Below, piece after piece: positions 20,823 to 30,618 of a stretch of 33,779 nt of DNA (the stretch's first letter is position 1; each line of letters begins with the position of its first letter). Source of the DNA: Rhizaria sp. SCN 62-66. Lineage: Eukaryota. The translations under genes and the position numbers were made by a program. The stretch covers positions 124,001 to 157,779 of the forward strand of contig MEDY01000101.1 in NCBI GenBank assembly GCA_001724265.1, given 5' to 3'. The notes beneath the pieces are model-generated. The model was not told the origin of the DNA. It saw only the letters and a program-made list of their open reading frames with translations, and ran no database searches.

Positions 20823-23480
20823 TCAGCAGCAGTCGCCCATGCCCTGAAAGACGTCAACAATGCAGTCGCAGTCGCACTCATTGCAACATCCGAGCGCGTT
20901 GGCGGCGACGGTGCCGAAGCCGCCGGCAATTGCACTGGCGGCGTTGGTCATTGTAGCGCCGACGTTGCCGAAGACCGCGGCCACGGCGCCGACGGCGACG
21001 ACGGCACCGATGGCCGTGGCGGCGATGTACTCGGTGCGGCGCTCGCTGTTGGATAACATCGCGCGGCTGACTGCGAGGCGCTTGGCCTCGGACTGCTGCT
21101 GCGAGGCCTTGGCGTCCTCGTCCTCCTCGGCGGCCGTGGCGGTACCGTCGCCCTTCTGCTGCGCACGCTCGCGCTCGTCGGCCTCGCGCGTCTTCTTGAC
21201 GGTGCGCGTCTCGTCCTCCTCTTTGCCCGCGCGCTGCATCTCCTGCTCGTACTTGGCGCGCTCGCTGGGTGACATCTCGAACGTCACCATGGTCGTGAAG
21301 GGCGACGGGATACGCGACTTGATCGAGAGGTCGATAACTTCCTGCTTAATCTCACGCGTGTCTTCGAGCCAGGCCTTGGCGATGAGCAGGTCCATGCGCT
21401 GCTTGAGGAACACGCGCGCCACCGGCACCGACGGGTCCTCGGACACGGGCAGGAACACCGTCTGCGACATGCCCGCCGCGTCGTCGCCGCGCAGCGTAAT
21501 GCCGGCGGGGAAGCCGCGGACGGCAGAGTACTTGCCGGCGACCACGAGAGGCGCGCCCAGGAAGAGATCGGGCAGCGGGAAAGGGTACAGCTGGCAGTCA
21601 TCAACGTTCTCAATGTCCATGGTAAGATCCGTCAGCACGGGCAGCTCGGCCATCGACAGCAGCATCGTCACCTGCTCGTAGATCTGCTCGTGGTACACCA
21701 CGTTGGCGTTGAAACCGCGGGTAAGCGAAGCCAGCATCTGCAGGAAGTACCAGTTGCAGTAGGTGCCGATGCCGAAGGTGAGGATACGCGTGTTGCCGGC
21801 CGCCTGCACCACCATGCGGCAAATCTCACGGTCGTTTTCCACGGCGCCGTCAGTCAGCAGGAAGACGAAGTTGAGGCCCTTCTGGATCTTGCCCAGCAGA
21901 GACAGCGCCCAGCGCAGCGGCGCCTCGATCGTGGTGCCGCCGAAGGTGGGCTTCTTCTCGCGGACCCAATTAAAGGCGACCTCGACGTTGCGCGCGGTCG
22001 CGGGCACCATGTCCTCGTGCAGTGCCATCATGTTGTGGTCGAACGCCATGATATTGAACTTGTCGTAGGGCCCGAGTTTCGACAGCGCGACGCGCAGCCC
22101 GCGGAGCGCCTCTTCGAAGGGCTGCCCCACCATGGAGCCGGAGCGGTCGATCAGGAAGACGAAGTTGCGCCGGAACTGCTTCTCGATGCGGTCCACCGAG
22201 GGCGGCGTGACGAAGGCCACAAAGGAGCCCTCCTCGCGGACCGACTCGACGCGCCCGTCCGCGCCCAGGATCTCGGTCCGCCGGTCCACGGACTTGAGCA
22301 GCGAGCCCGAAATATCGCCCAGCGGCAGCTCGAAGTGCAGGTTGAAGATATCCAGCGGGGGCGCGGCGGTGGCGGCCGCGGCGGCGCCGGCGTCGCTGCC
22401 GCTGTGCGCACTGGCGAAGTTAGCGGCGGCCGCGGCGGCCTCGGCGTCGGATAGCAGCGCGAGCGCGGAGGCCTCGGCGGCGGCGGCCTCCTCGGTGCTG
22501 GGGATGATGACGTTGAAGCGTTTGTGCGTGCCCATGTTGGTGACCTCGAGCGCGTGCGAGGCCGACATGATGCGGACCTGCGACGACATCGCGAAGACGG
22601 AGCCGCGGATGGCAATCGCGCTGGGGTCGGGGCGCAGCCCGGCGGGGAAGGACAGCGGGAGATTGAAGCCGTAGCTGCCCTGGAAGAAGGAGAGGGACTC
22701 GACGTAGTCGACCTCGATCTGAACGACCTCCTTGGCGTTGACGCCAAGGATGGGCAGGCGGAACAGGTCCGGAACGTACTCGTTGATGTTCTCCAGCGGG
22801 ATCTGGCGCGACACGCGCGGCGGCGCGAGCTGCGAGTTGAGGCGCAGCATGTCCTCTGTGTTGATGATCTCGGACTGCACGTAGCGGTCCTGGCCGATCT
22901 TGGCCTGAATGGCCGTGACGGTGCCCTTGAGCGGCAGCGCGAAGACGCCGTCGATCGGCCGGTCAGAGGTGTTCGCAAAGGCCACGCGCATCGAGATGAT
23001 GGCCGTGGAGAGGTGGATGCTGACCGTGACGTCGACGTACACGGCGGGTAGCGAGAAGACGGATTCGCGGTTGTAGTACCAGAAGCACGGCGCGGCGGGC
23101 TTGTTCTGCAGGAACGTCTCCGCGGGCACGCTCACCAGTGGCTTGTTCATGATCGTCGGCAGCGTCGTGCGCATCGTGTTCTCGATCGCGTCCATGCTCT
23201 GCGTCTTGAGCGTCGCGTCGAGCTGCTTCGCGCCAGCGGGGGCTGCAGTGGAGGAGGCGGCAGGGCCAGGAGCAGCGCCAGCGTTGGTACTAGCGCCAAC
23301 GGAAGTGGCGCCGGGCGCGGGGCCAGAGCCAGGGGTGGCTGGCACGGGGGCGATGGGTGCGGAGGGCGGGGGAGGCGGCAGGGCGGTGGCGTTAAGGTTC
23401 GGGTTGCTGTTGTTGTGGGGGGGAGCGGGAGCGTTGCCGCCGCTGTGCCCGTCGTGCGGGGATCGAGCACTAGAGCTCAT
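20823..23480 (-). CDS. VIT + von Willebrand factor A domain protein (inter-alpha-trypsin inhibitor heavy chain-related / VWA5-like) with Cys-rich C-terminus (~885 aa)
   Basis: Single open frame from ATG 23480 to TGA 20823. VIT-like region: RVAFANTSDRPIDGVFALPLKGTVTAIQAKIG. vWA domain with complete MIDAS: VFLIDRSGSM, GGTTI, FLLTDG, followed by RILTFGIGTYCNWYFLQMLA, YPFPLPDLFLGAPLVVAGKY and PSPFTTMV. An in-frame acceptor (TTTCCCAG at 23496) lies 15 nt upstream of the ATG, so an additional 5' exon is possible. Confidence 0.85.
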   Translation of the reverse strand: MSSSARSPHDGHSGGNAPAPPHNNSNPNLNATALPPPPPSAPIAPVPATPGSGPAPGATSVGASTNAGAAPGPAASSTAAPAGAKQLDATLKTQSMDAIENTMRTTLPTIMNKPLVSVPAETFLQNKPAAPCFWYYNRESVFSLPAVYVDVTVSIHLSTAIISMRVAFANTSDRPIDGVFALPLKGTVTAIQAKIGQDRYVQSEIINTEDMLRLNSQLAPPRVSRQIPLENINEYVPDLFRLPILGVNAKEVVQIEVDYVESLSFFQGSYGFNLPLSFPAGLRPDPSAIAIRGSVFAMSSQVRIMSASHALEVTNMGTHKRFNVIIPSTEEAAAAEASALALLSDAEAAAAAANFASAHSGSDAGAAAAATAAPPLDIFNLHFELPLGDISGSLLKSVDRRTEILGADGRVESVREEGSFVAFVTPPSVDRIEKQFRRNFVFLIDRSGSMVGQPFEEALRGLRVALSKLGPYDKFNIMAFDHNMMALHEDMVPATARNVEVAFNWVREKKPTFGGTTIEAPLRWALSLLGKIQKGLNFVFLLTDGAVENDREICRMVVQAAGNTRILTFGIGTYCNWYFLQMLASLTRGFNANVVYHEQIYEQVTMLLSMAELPVLTDLTMDIENVDDCQLYPFPLPDLFLGAPLVVAGKYSAVRGFPAGITLRGDDAAGMSQTVFLPVSEDPSVPVARVFLKQRMDLLIAKAWLEDTREIKQEVIDLSIKSRIPSPFTTMVTFEMSPSERAKYEQEMQRAGKEEDETRTVKKTREADERERAQQKGDGTATAAEEDEDAKASQQQSEAKRLAVSRAMLSNSERRTEYIAATAIGAVVAVGAVAAVFGNVGATMTNAASAIAGGFGTVAANALGCCNECDCDCIVDVFQGMGDCC

Positions 23481-24176
23481 GGGGCTTCCAGTGATCTGGG
23501 AAACACAAAAAGAAAGCAATGAAGCGAAAACACAATGTAGCAGAAGAGGGCAGGGTGAAGGGGAGTGAGGAAGAGCGAAGGAAGAATGACAGCGGGAGAA
23601 ACGTAAAGGGGCGCTTCAGAAAGCTGGGAGGGTGCGCAGGAAGACGCGCCAGGTCAGATAAGGGCAATGATACGACGAGAAACACTAAAAGATTGAAATG
23701 AAATAACATGGACAAGAGAAATCATGTGTGTGCTGAAACGAATGTGAACCGTAGAATGCGCAGGCAATGCGCCAAAGTCCAAGGCTTCGGCCGGCGGTGA
23801 TGAGGAACGAAAGTGGAGTCGCAAGGACCGTGTCTGGAACACCGGGAAGCGTTCATCGACTCGGTGCCAAATAAAAACACAGAGTCTGTTCTAGTTACAT
23901 CCCATAATATCAGTAATAAGCGTGCGAAGCGACGTCAATGTGGCAGGGTAAGGGCGCAAATCATAACGACCGAACACCTCTCCTTCGCTCGTTCGCCGAG
24001 GCATCCCTTTTTTCGGTACGGCGAGTGCTTTCACTCGACAAACGCATCAAGAAGTTCGCTAGTGGCAACAAAAATCATGTTGCATGTATTATTTGATAAA
24101 AGTTCACTTAAATAAATATCAATTCGCTCACTATTCTGTTATTGATCACTCGTATGCTTTTCACACTTGTTTGGCG

Positions 24177-26790
24177 TTAATTGGCGGCGTCCTCAGGGTG
24201 CCATCCGCATTCGTTGATGATGAACTGCGCCATCTTGTTCATGGCGGCCTGACTCTCGGGCAGGAAGGGAACCAGCGGGAACACGTGGAACATCCCGGGC
24301 CACACCTCAACCTCCCACTTAGACGCCCCCAACACACCTTTAGACGCATCAGCAGCAACCATAGTCGCCGCGGTAGCAGTGGGTCCACTCTTCGTTGCCC
24401 GCTGCCGCTGCTCGTGCCTCTCCCGCAGGTGCCGCTGCAGCTGCAACTGCGCGCGCTGCCGCGCCGCCCCGGGCACTGCCAGCTGCAGCACCACGGGCGC
24501 AGCGCATCTCGCCACCGCGCCTGGGGGGTCCGGCGCGGTCAGAGCGGCCCAGTCCTTGGCAGTCATGTTGCCACCTCCGTCGCCGCTGCCGCCGCTGCTG
24601 CCGTCGGCGTCGGTCTCCGGCGCGCTCGTCGCTGTTGCGAGACCGCCGCCATTGGCTGCAGTTGCGGCGGGACTGCTGGTCGCAGCAGGGGTCGCGTTGA
24701 CGAGGTTGTTGCTCCCGGCTATAGCCGAGGTGCCTGTTGTGGCCTTGATGCTGATGTGAGACTTCTTGCCGCCCTTGAGGGGGCACAAGCCCTCGCAAGC
24801 CTTCCCATCATCACTGCCAACGCTGATGCTAACAGAAGCATTGTCAGCACTCGCACTCACAGTCGCACTCTCATTCGACCTGTCTGCGCCTAGCCCGCCG
24901 TTGCCGTCGGCTAAGTACCCCTTGACGGCCTCGAAGGGCGCGAGCGCGTCCGACAGCAGCACCTCGCGGCCGCCAACCTGCACCAGTGTCGGCGGCAGCA
25001 GCGCCAGCTCCAGCGCCGTCGCGCGCGCGGGCGACGCCAGCGGGTGGCTCAGCACGGCGAAGGCGGCCGCAGAGTCCACGGCATCGGCCTCGGCGGCGCT
25101 CAGCTCGTGAACCGCGTCGTTATCGCTATGGAGGTTGTTCGACACAGCGTCGTGGCTACTGTTGCTGATGCTGCTCGTATTTGCGCTGTGGACATGGCTA
25201 TTCGCTGTCACGGTGTTAGGACGCTCACTCTCAGCGTCATCGCGATGGTGGCGACTGCTGTCGTCAGACAGCCCGATGAGCCTCTCTGTGGCTCTATGTA
25301 GCGCGCCCGCGACGGCAGCCGTGACTCTGGCGCCCGCCCGCCGCCCCTCGCTCTGGTTCACGGTCACCGCGCCAACGGCGGCCGCCACGGCGCCGCCCAG
25401 CGCGGCCGCCACCGCGTCCTCGGCCCGGTGCGCGGCCTGCCCCACGGCCCGGATGCCCTTGGTCACAGTTGCGGCGGCGGCGGCGGAGGCGGTGGGGAAG
25501 GCAAAGCGGCCGGTGAGCGCGCGCGCGGCAACGGCGACGGCGGCGGCGGGGATCATGGGGTCCGCGTCCTGGAGCGTGGTGACGGACTCGCCCGCGCAGG
25601 CCAAGTCGCCCCACGGGGATAACACGGCCACGGCCGCGGGCGCGGGCAGCCCCGCGCGGGAGATGGCCAAGGAGAGCGACAGGGCAAGGTTGCCGCCCGC
25701 CGAGTCGCCGGCGAGGCATATGCGGCTGGGGAGGACGCCGCGGCGCAGCAGGGCGGTATAGGCGGCCAGGGCGTCCTCGAGCGGCGCGGGAAAGAGATGC
25801 TCGGGGGCCAGACGGTAGTCGATCGACAGGATGCCGAGACTGGACGCAACGTTGTTGGTCTCGTCGCTATTGTTACTATTGCTGTTGTTGCTGTGTGAGC
25901 CGCCGAGTTGCGCAGCGAGCTTGAGGAGCAGCGTGGAGCAGAACTCCTCGTAGACAGACCAGCGCGGCGAGCCCATGACGTAGGCGCCGCCGTGCATAAA
26001 GAGCACAACGCGCGACTCCGGGCCAGGACCGGAGGCGGGGCCGGGAGCGGGACCAGAGCTGGGGCTCGAGACTGAGGCAGATGCGGCATGCGAGCTCGTG
26101 TGCTGGGCGTCACTTGCGGCGGGATGACTCGGACTCGCAGCGGGCGCGAGGTCAGGCCACTTGGCGTCGACGGCGCGCCTCAGGGGCCCGCAGACCGTGG
26201 GCAAGGTGGCATGCACGAGCGCGCGTTCACGGTCGCGCTCGCGGTCGCGGCGGGCGGCGGCCACGGCGGCGGCGACAGCGGCCGAGTCCTCGGTCGCGGA
26301 GTGACCGTGAGCAGCGGAGTGACCGTGGACAGGAGGGGTCAGAGAGTACCACTGGGCCTTAATGGGGAACGGGACGTCACTAGGGGCAGTATAACTTTCA
26401 GTACCCAAGATACCTGTGACCCCTGGAGTGCTGCTGAGAGGTGAAGCCGCCAGAGCAAGCGCCTCGGCCTCAGTTTGCAGCAGCGCCGACAGATGCTCAC
26501 GCTCGCTGCCGCTGCCCCCGCTCGACTCAGACTCGCTGTTGCTGTTACTGCTGTTGCTGTTGCTGTTGTTGCTGTTATTGCAATTCTTCAGGTGCGGTAA
26601 ATACAGCTGTTCATGTTGGAGCGAGAGCAGGTAAGCCGCGTGCTCTGCCGAAAAGTCAAGCCGCGCGAGGCAGGCGGGCGAGACGGAGCACGCCCCCGAA
26701 GCGCACGTGGCGCACTGTGTCTGTGCGCTGCTGGGAGGCATCGCGACGGTCGTCGAGCTCTCAGCAGCAGCACGGGGGGCGTCGGTGCCG

Positions 26791-26822
<32 letters not shown>

Positions 26823-27655
26823 CGTCGTTGCCGCTTGGGGGGCGATCGTGTGATCGACGGCAGCCTTGACGGCCGCGGCCGCCGCGTCGGCTTTGTGCGA
26901 GCTAACGCGCACGTGCACCTTACCCTTAGCGTGCGCTCTAGTCTCTCCACCAGTGCCAGCGCCAGCGCCAGTGCCAGTACGAGTGTCAGTGCTAGTGTGA
27001 GTGTGTGTGTTGATGGGCAGCGAGAGCGCGCGCGCCAGCTCGGGGCTATGCTGCGGCAGCGGCACCGGCACGGCGCGCTCCGCAACCGCGGCCGCCGCCA
27101 CGGCAGCCGGGCGGTCGCCAGCGCCGCTCTCGCTCGTGTGCTGCTGCTGTTGTTGCTGCGGCGTCGTCTGCGGCGGCGGGAACAGGGTGTACGGCGACGA
27201 TACCAGGTCGGCGGCGATGGACGCGCGGATCTGGCGCGCCGAGGGGCAGTAGTACGCCGGCGGGAGCGTGAGGGACCGCGAGACAACGCCGCGGGAGGCG
27301 AAGTGGCGCGCGCGCAGCTGCCAGGGCTTCTGGAGCGTCCAGTTAGTGCCCCAGCGAGTCGTGCGGAACTGGTCTGAAATGCGATAAATAGCAACATAAA
27401 CAAAACCCCAAACAATAAGTCTCTTATAAAATATATGAATCAATACATATTATGTTTTTGCAAGATTTTGTTCGGATTTGTGTTGATCACGGTACCTAGC
27501 GGGAGCTTGGAGAGCACGGTGAGGTGCGTCTTGATCATGCGCGTGGCGGTGCGGATGAATAGGTCCGACTTGCCCGACAGGGCGCGCTTGTCGAGCGATT
27601 TGGTCGCAGCGGCAAGCACGTCAGCAAGCGCATTGGGCGCGCTGCGCTTCGGCAT
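24177..27655 (-). CDS. Alpha/beta hydrolase, hormone-sensitive lipase (HSL/GDXG) family esterase-lipase (1118 aa, 2 exons)
   Basis: Exons 27655-27496 and 27373-24177, with a phase-1 intron GTACCG..TTTCAG at 27495-27374 (junction KLPL-D-QFR). Motifs in order: VLFMHGGAY (oxyanion hole), IDYRLAPEHLFPAPLED, LAGDSAGGNLAL (nucleophile), LSPWGDL, LPPTLVQVGGREVLLSD (acid), WPGMFHVF (His). Confidence 0.9.
26535..26581. repeat. (GCTGTT)n-type coding microsatellite (Asn/Ser run in the hydrolase)
   Basis: Imperfect tandem hexamers encode NNSNNSNSNSSNSNS. Similar tracts occur at about 26788-26822 and 25866-25893. Confidence 0.7.
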
Positions 27656-28145
27656 TGCAGGTGGAAAATGATAAGACGCGGTCGAGAGGGGCCGAAGACG
27701 TGGGTCTGGGATAGGATAGGGGACGCGAATGGCCGAGGTCAGGAAATGAATGATGTGATCAGCTATCAAGCATCAAATGGTACAAGAATTCAATATAATG
27801 TTCATCCGCCGTATGAAAAAGTGCTGATGTGTAATAAAGGCTAGAATACCCCTTGGTTATATTAGAATGGGTCTTATTGGTTGGGGCTGGAGAGCGTCGA
27901 CCGCAAACGTCTCGCGAGCCAGTGCCGCACCCAAGAACATCTTCATGTTTTAGTATAGATATCGCTGTAGAATCCGTCAGCGACTATGATATAACGTCAA
28001 CGTATACCTACTTATTATATGTATATAATATATTAATGATTCTTTCTTTAAAACTAATCTTGCCTCTCTACGCGCTTCGTCTCGCAATCACCCCACCCTG
28101 TTGCTGACTCGTCTCCGTCGCCGCCCCCGCAGAGCCCGCCGCGCG
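27656..28145. promoter_or_regulatory. Short divergent intergenic region (putative bidirectional promoter, hydrolase/SRP9)
   Basis: 490 nt between head-to-head ATGs, with an AT-rich core at about 27950-28060. Inferred from position only. Confidence 0.35.
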
Positions 28146-29272
28146 ATGCAGTGCGAGACCCTGGTGGACTTCCTCGGCAAGGCCAAGGAGTTCTTTCTCG
28201 AGGACCCCTACGAGGTACGGCTTTACTCTCAACCCTCCTGTCTACGGCCTCTATCACCTCTCCCTGCTTGTTCGAGGTGACTCTGCCTGCCAACACTCAC
28301 TCGCTCTGTATCGCTCGCAATCTCACTGTTTTTTGTCGTTACTATCTGTGTGTTGATGCCCATAGACCCTGTTTAAGATGAAGTACTCCCCGTGCAACCA
28401 GCGCGTGACATTCGCCGTGCGCCTCAACTCCAAGGTCCGTCGCTACTTCCCCGCATCCCTCTCACTCGTGACTCACACACTCATGGCCACCACTTCATGG
28501 GTCGAGATCGATATCTCGATGAAACAAGGTCTCATGTTGCCAATACGTGGAAAATAGTATTTCACTGTTGGACTACTTCTTTTTGGAACAGCTTGGCTCT
28601 GCTTATGATCGTCCTGTGTGTCTGTGCTGTTTTGCAAGCCCTTTTCTCTTTTCTTTTGTTATCTTGAACCCTGCTCTCACTCTCAATCTCTCTCTGCACG
28701 TTGCATTGTCCTGTTTGTCTTGTGTCTTGCCCCGTTACAGCACGCGTCGTACACCACGCAGTCGCAGGAGGAGGCCAAGAAGGCTGACGTCATCAACTCT
28801 GCCTTCATCCAGGTACGTATCATTCACATCGCTTTCGTACAGCTACAGCTATCATATAACCTGTTCAAATAGCTCACTTTGCACTTTTATGTTTTCTTGT
28901 GCTCTTTGCTTTGGACCGTTGTAGCTTGCTGCGTGCCCCAAGATTGACGCGGCGACCATCGATCTGATGTTCCAGCAGCCCGAGGAGGCGGCAGAGGTAC
29001 GCAAACTGACTTAAGCTTAAGCAAAGATGCAATGAAATCAAATGACGCAATTCGAGTATCACTCGATTAAACTAGTGCAGTGTGGCATGAAACTGTGTAA
29101 ACTACTTTTAAATGCATTAAATAGCAATCACTTTGCGAAATTCCGTCTGTCAGCTCGGACTGTAACGATGGTACGATCTGACACCACCACACATCCGCGC
29201 CTTTTTGTCATTTATCGCATGTTAAAGGAAAAGAAGGCGCCCGCCAATGCGCCCAAGCACAAGAAGGTCTAA
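28146..29272 (+). CDS. SRP9: Signal recognition particle 9 kDa protein (108 aa, 5 exons)
   Basis: Exons 28146-28214, 28366-28434, 28741-28812, 28925-28996, 29228-29272, all joined by phase-0 GT..AG introns. Protein: MQCETLVDFLGKAKEFFLEDPYETLFKMKYSPCNQRVTFAVRLNSKHASYTTQSQEEAKKADVINSAFIQLAACPKIDAATIDLMFQQPEEAAEEKKAPANAPKHKKV. It is colinear with the SRP9 pattern as I recall it (F..A..LF..DP..T...MKY..C.....[YF].T.Q.Q[DE].KK....N..F..L, basic tail). Confidence 0.8.
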
Positions 29273-30240
29273 GTCAGCTCTCTACGACGCAGCCAGCATC
29301 TCAGTGTCCCATTAGACTGCGCAACGAACGAAGCGAAGCCACAGCAAGCAACTGGAACAGTCATGTTCTGCGAGTGAGCTTCGGAACAGTACAATAGTAT
29401 TATATCTCCATGTATGAATAAGAATAACGACAAAATCAAACTTGTTTATTTCAATAACCATTCAAAACTAGCAAATAAAACTCAATCCTTGAAAACACTG
29501 CACTGGCGAGCTTGTTTGTAGCAATGTAGGCTGTTCGCAACGAGAGAAGAGTGTTAACAATATTTGAATTCGTTGAATGTGTGTTATTTTGTATTTTTGG
29601 CTTGCTACTCGTCGTATGGCGCAACTTGTGCATACAACGAGCAGTGTTGATGAGTACGTATAATCCCGTACACATGTCGATACGCTTTAAGCGTACTTAT
29701 TAATGCTACTTCGTCATGCAACTTAGTCATGCAAGCGCACGCGGTGGTGGCATTATTACATAACTGGGGTACACAGCCGAGCAAACGACCCTGTCGCCGC
29801 CCCCCCAGCCCCCGTGCCAGCTCCACCCAGGCCGCAGTATCTAATGAGAAAGCACAGTGTCCACATGCGTGAACATGTCCAACTTAGAATGCGACTCGGA
29901 TAAAGCCGGAATAACGGACAGATCATGTGCGTCAATCCACGGAGTGAAAGAAACAAAACATAAACGAGGACAAAAAGTGAAATTTGATTCACAGAACAAA
30001 AGAAACTCAACTCGCGTGACGTGAAATGTTATGAAAAGCAAAACGATTCACGCCTGGGAATAAGATTATCAATAAACGCGTCGGCAAACGGCCGATACAG
30101 ATGGACAGTACAGATGTACTGTTGGCTCCTTGTGCTAAATCAAACCCGCCCAACTAAGTACCCCCAGACAAGTCTAAGCTGTCACTAAGACGAGTCTCAT
30201 AAACAAGTGCAGTCGTATGCCCAATGTGTGCGTGTCTCAT

Positions 30241-30276
30241 CATGTGTGTGGAGATGTGTAGATGTGTGTGTGTGTG
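30241..30276. repeat. (TG)n-rich microsatellite
   Basis: atgtgtgtg/gatgtgt units ending in (TG)7 at 30263-30276, in the convergent intergenic/3' UTR region. Confidence 0.6.
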
Positions 30277-30618
30277 CGACCGAAAAACAAAAAGAAAATA
30301 ACTAAACTATCAAACTAACTATTACTAACTCTCAAGGAGAGAAGGAAAATGAAACAAAATAGCTCATGCTGCCTTAGATATACCACGCAAGCACGACTCA
30401 CAAAAACGAACAACATGTACAGAACTACAGGAACGAGAAACAGTATACAGTATACCAATATACACGCAAGAAAGCAAGAAAAAGACTTAAAACCTTAAGA
30501 CTGAATGAAAAACAAAACAAAAACACACCTTTGATATGAAGAGGAAAAAAAAAAGCACACATCCACAGAAACGCAAGGGACGCACTCAAGAGTACCCGGC
30601 CCCTCAGCCCTCGGAGGT

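Noticed and set aside
27374-27443. ORF-track N-termini and C-termini such as MIHIFYKRLIVWGF (hydrolase), MLSFCVSQ (vWA) and VRAPNSHVILL (carrier)
   Set aside because: These are read-through into AT-rich introns; the splice sites give better in-frame models.
29300-30600. Possible gene or ncRNA between SRP9 and the carrier
   Set aside because: Only low-complexity, UTR-like sequence and short biased ORFs; no recognisable tRNA, snRNA or SRP RNA motif by eye.
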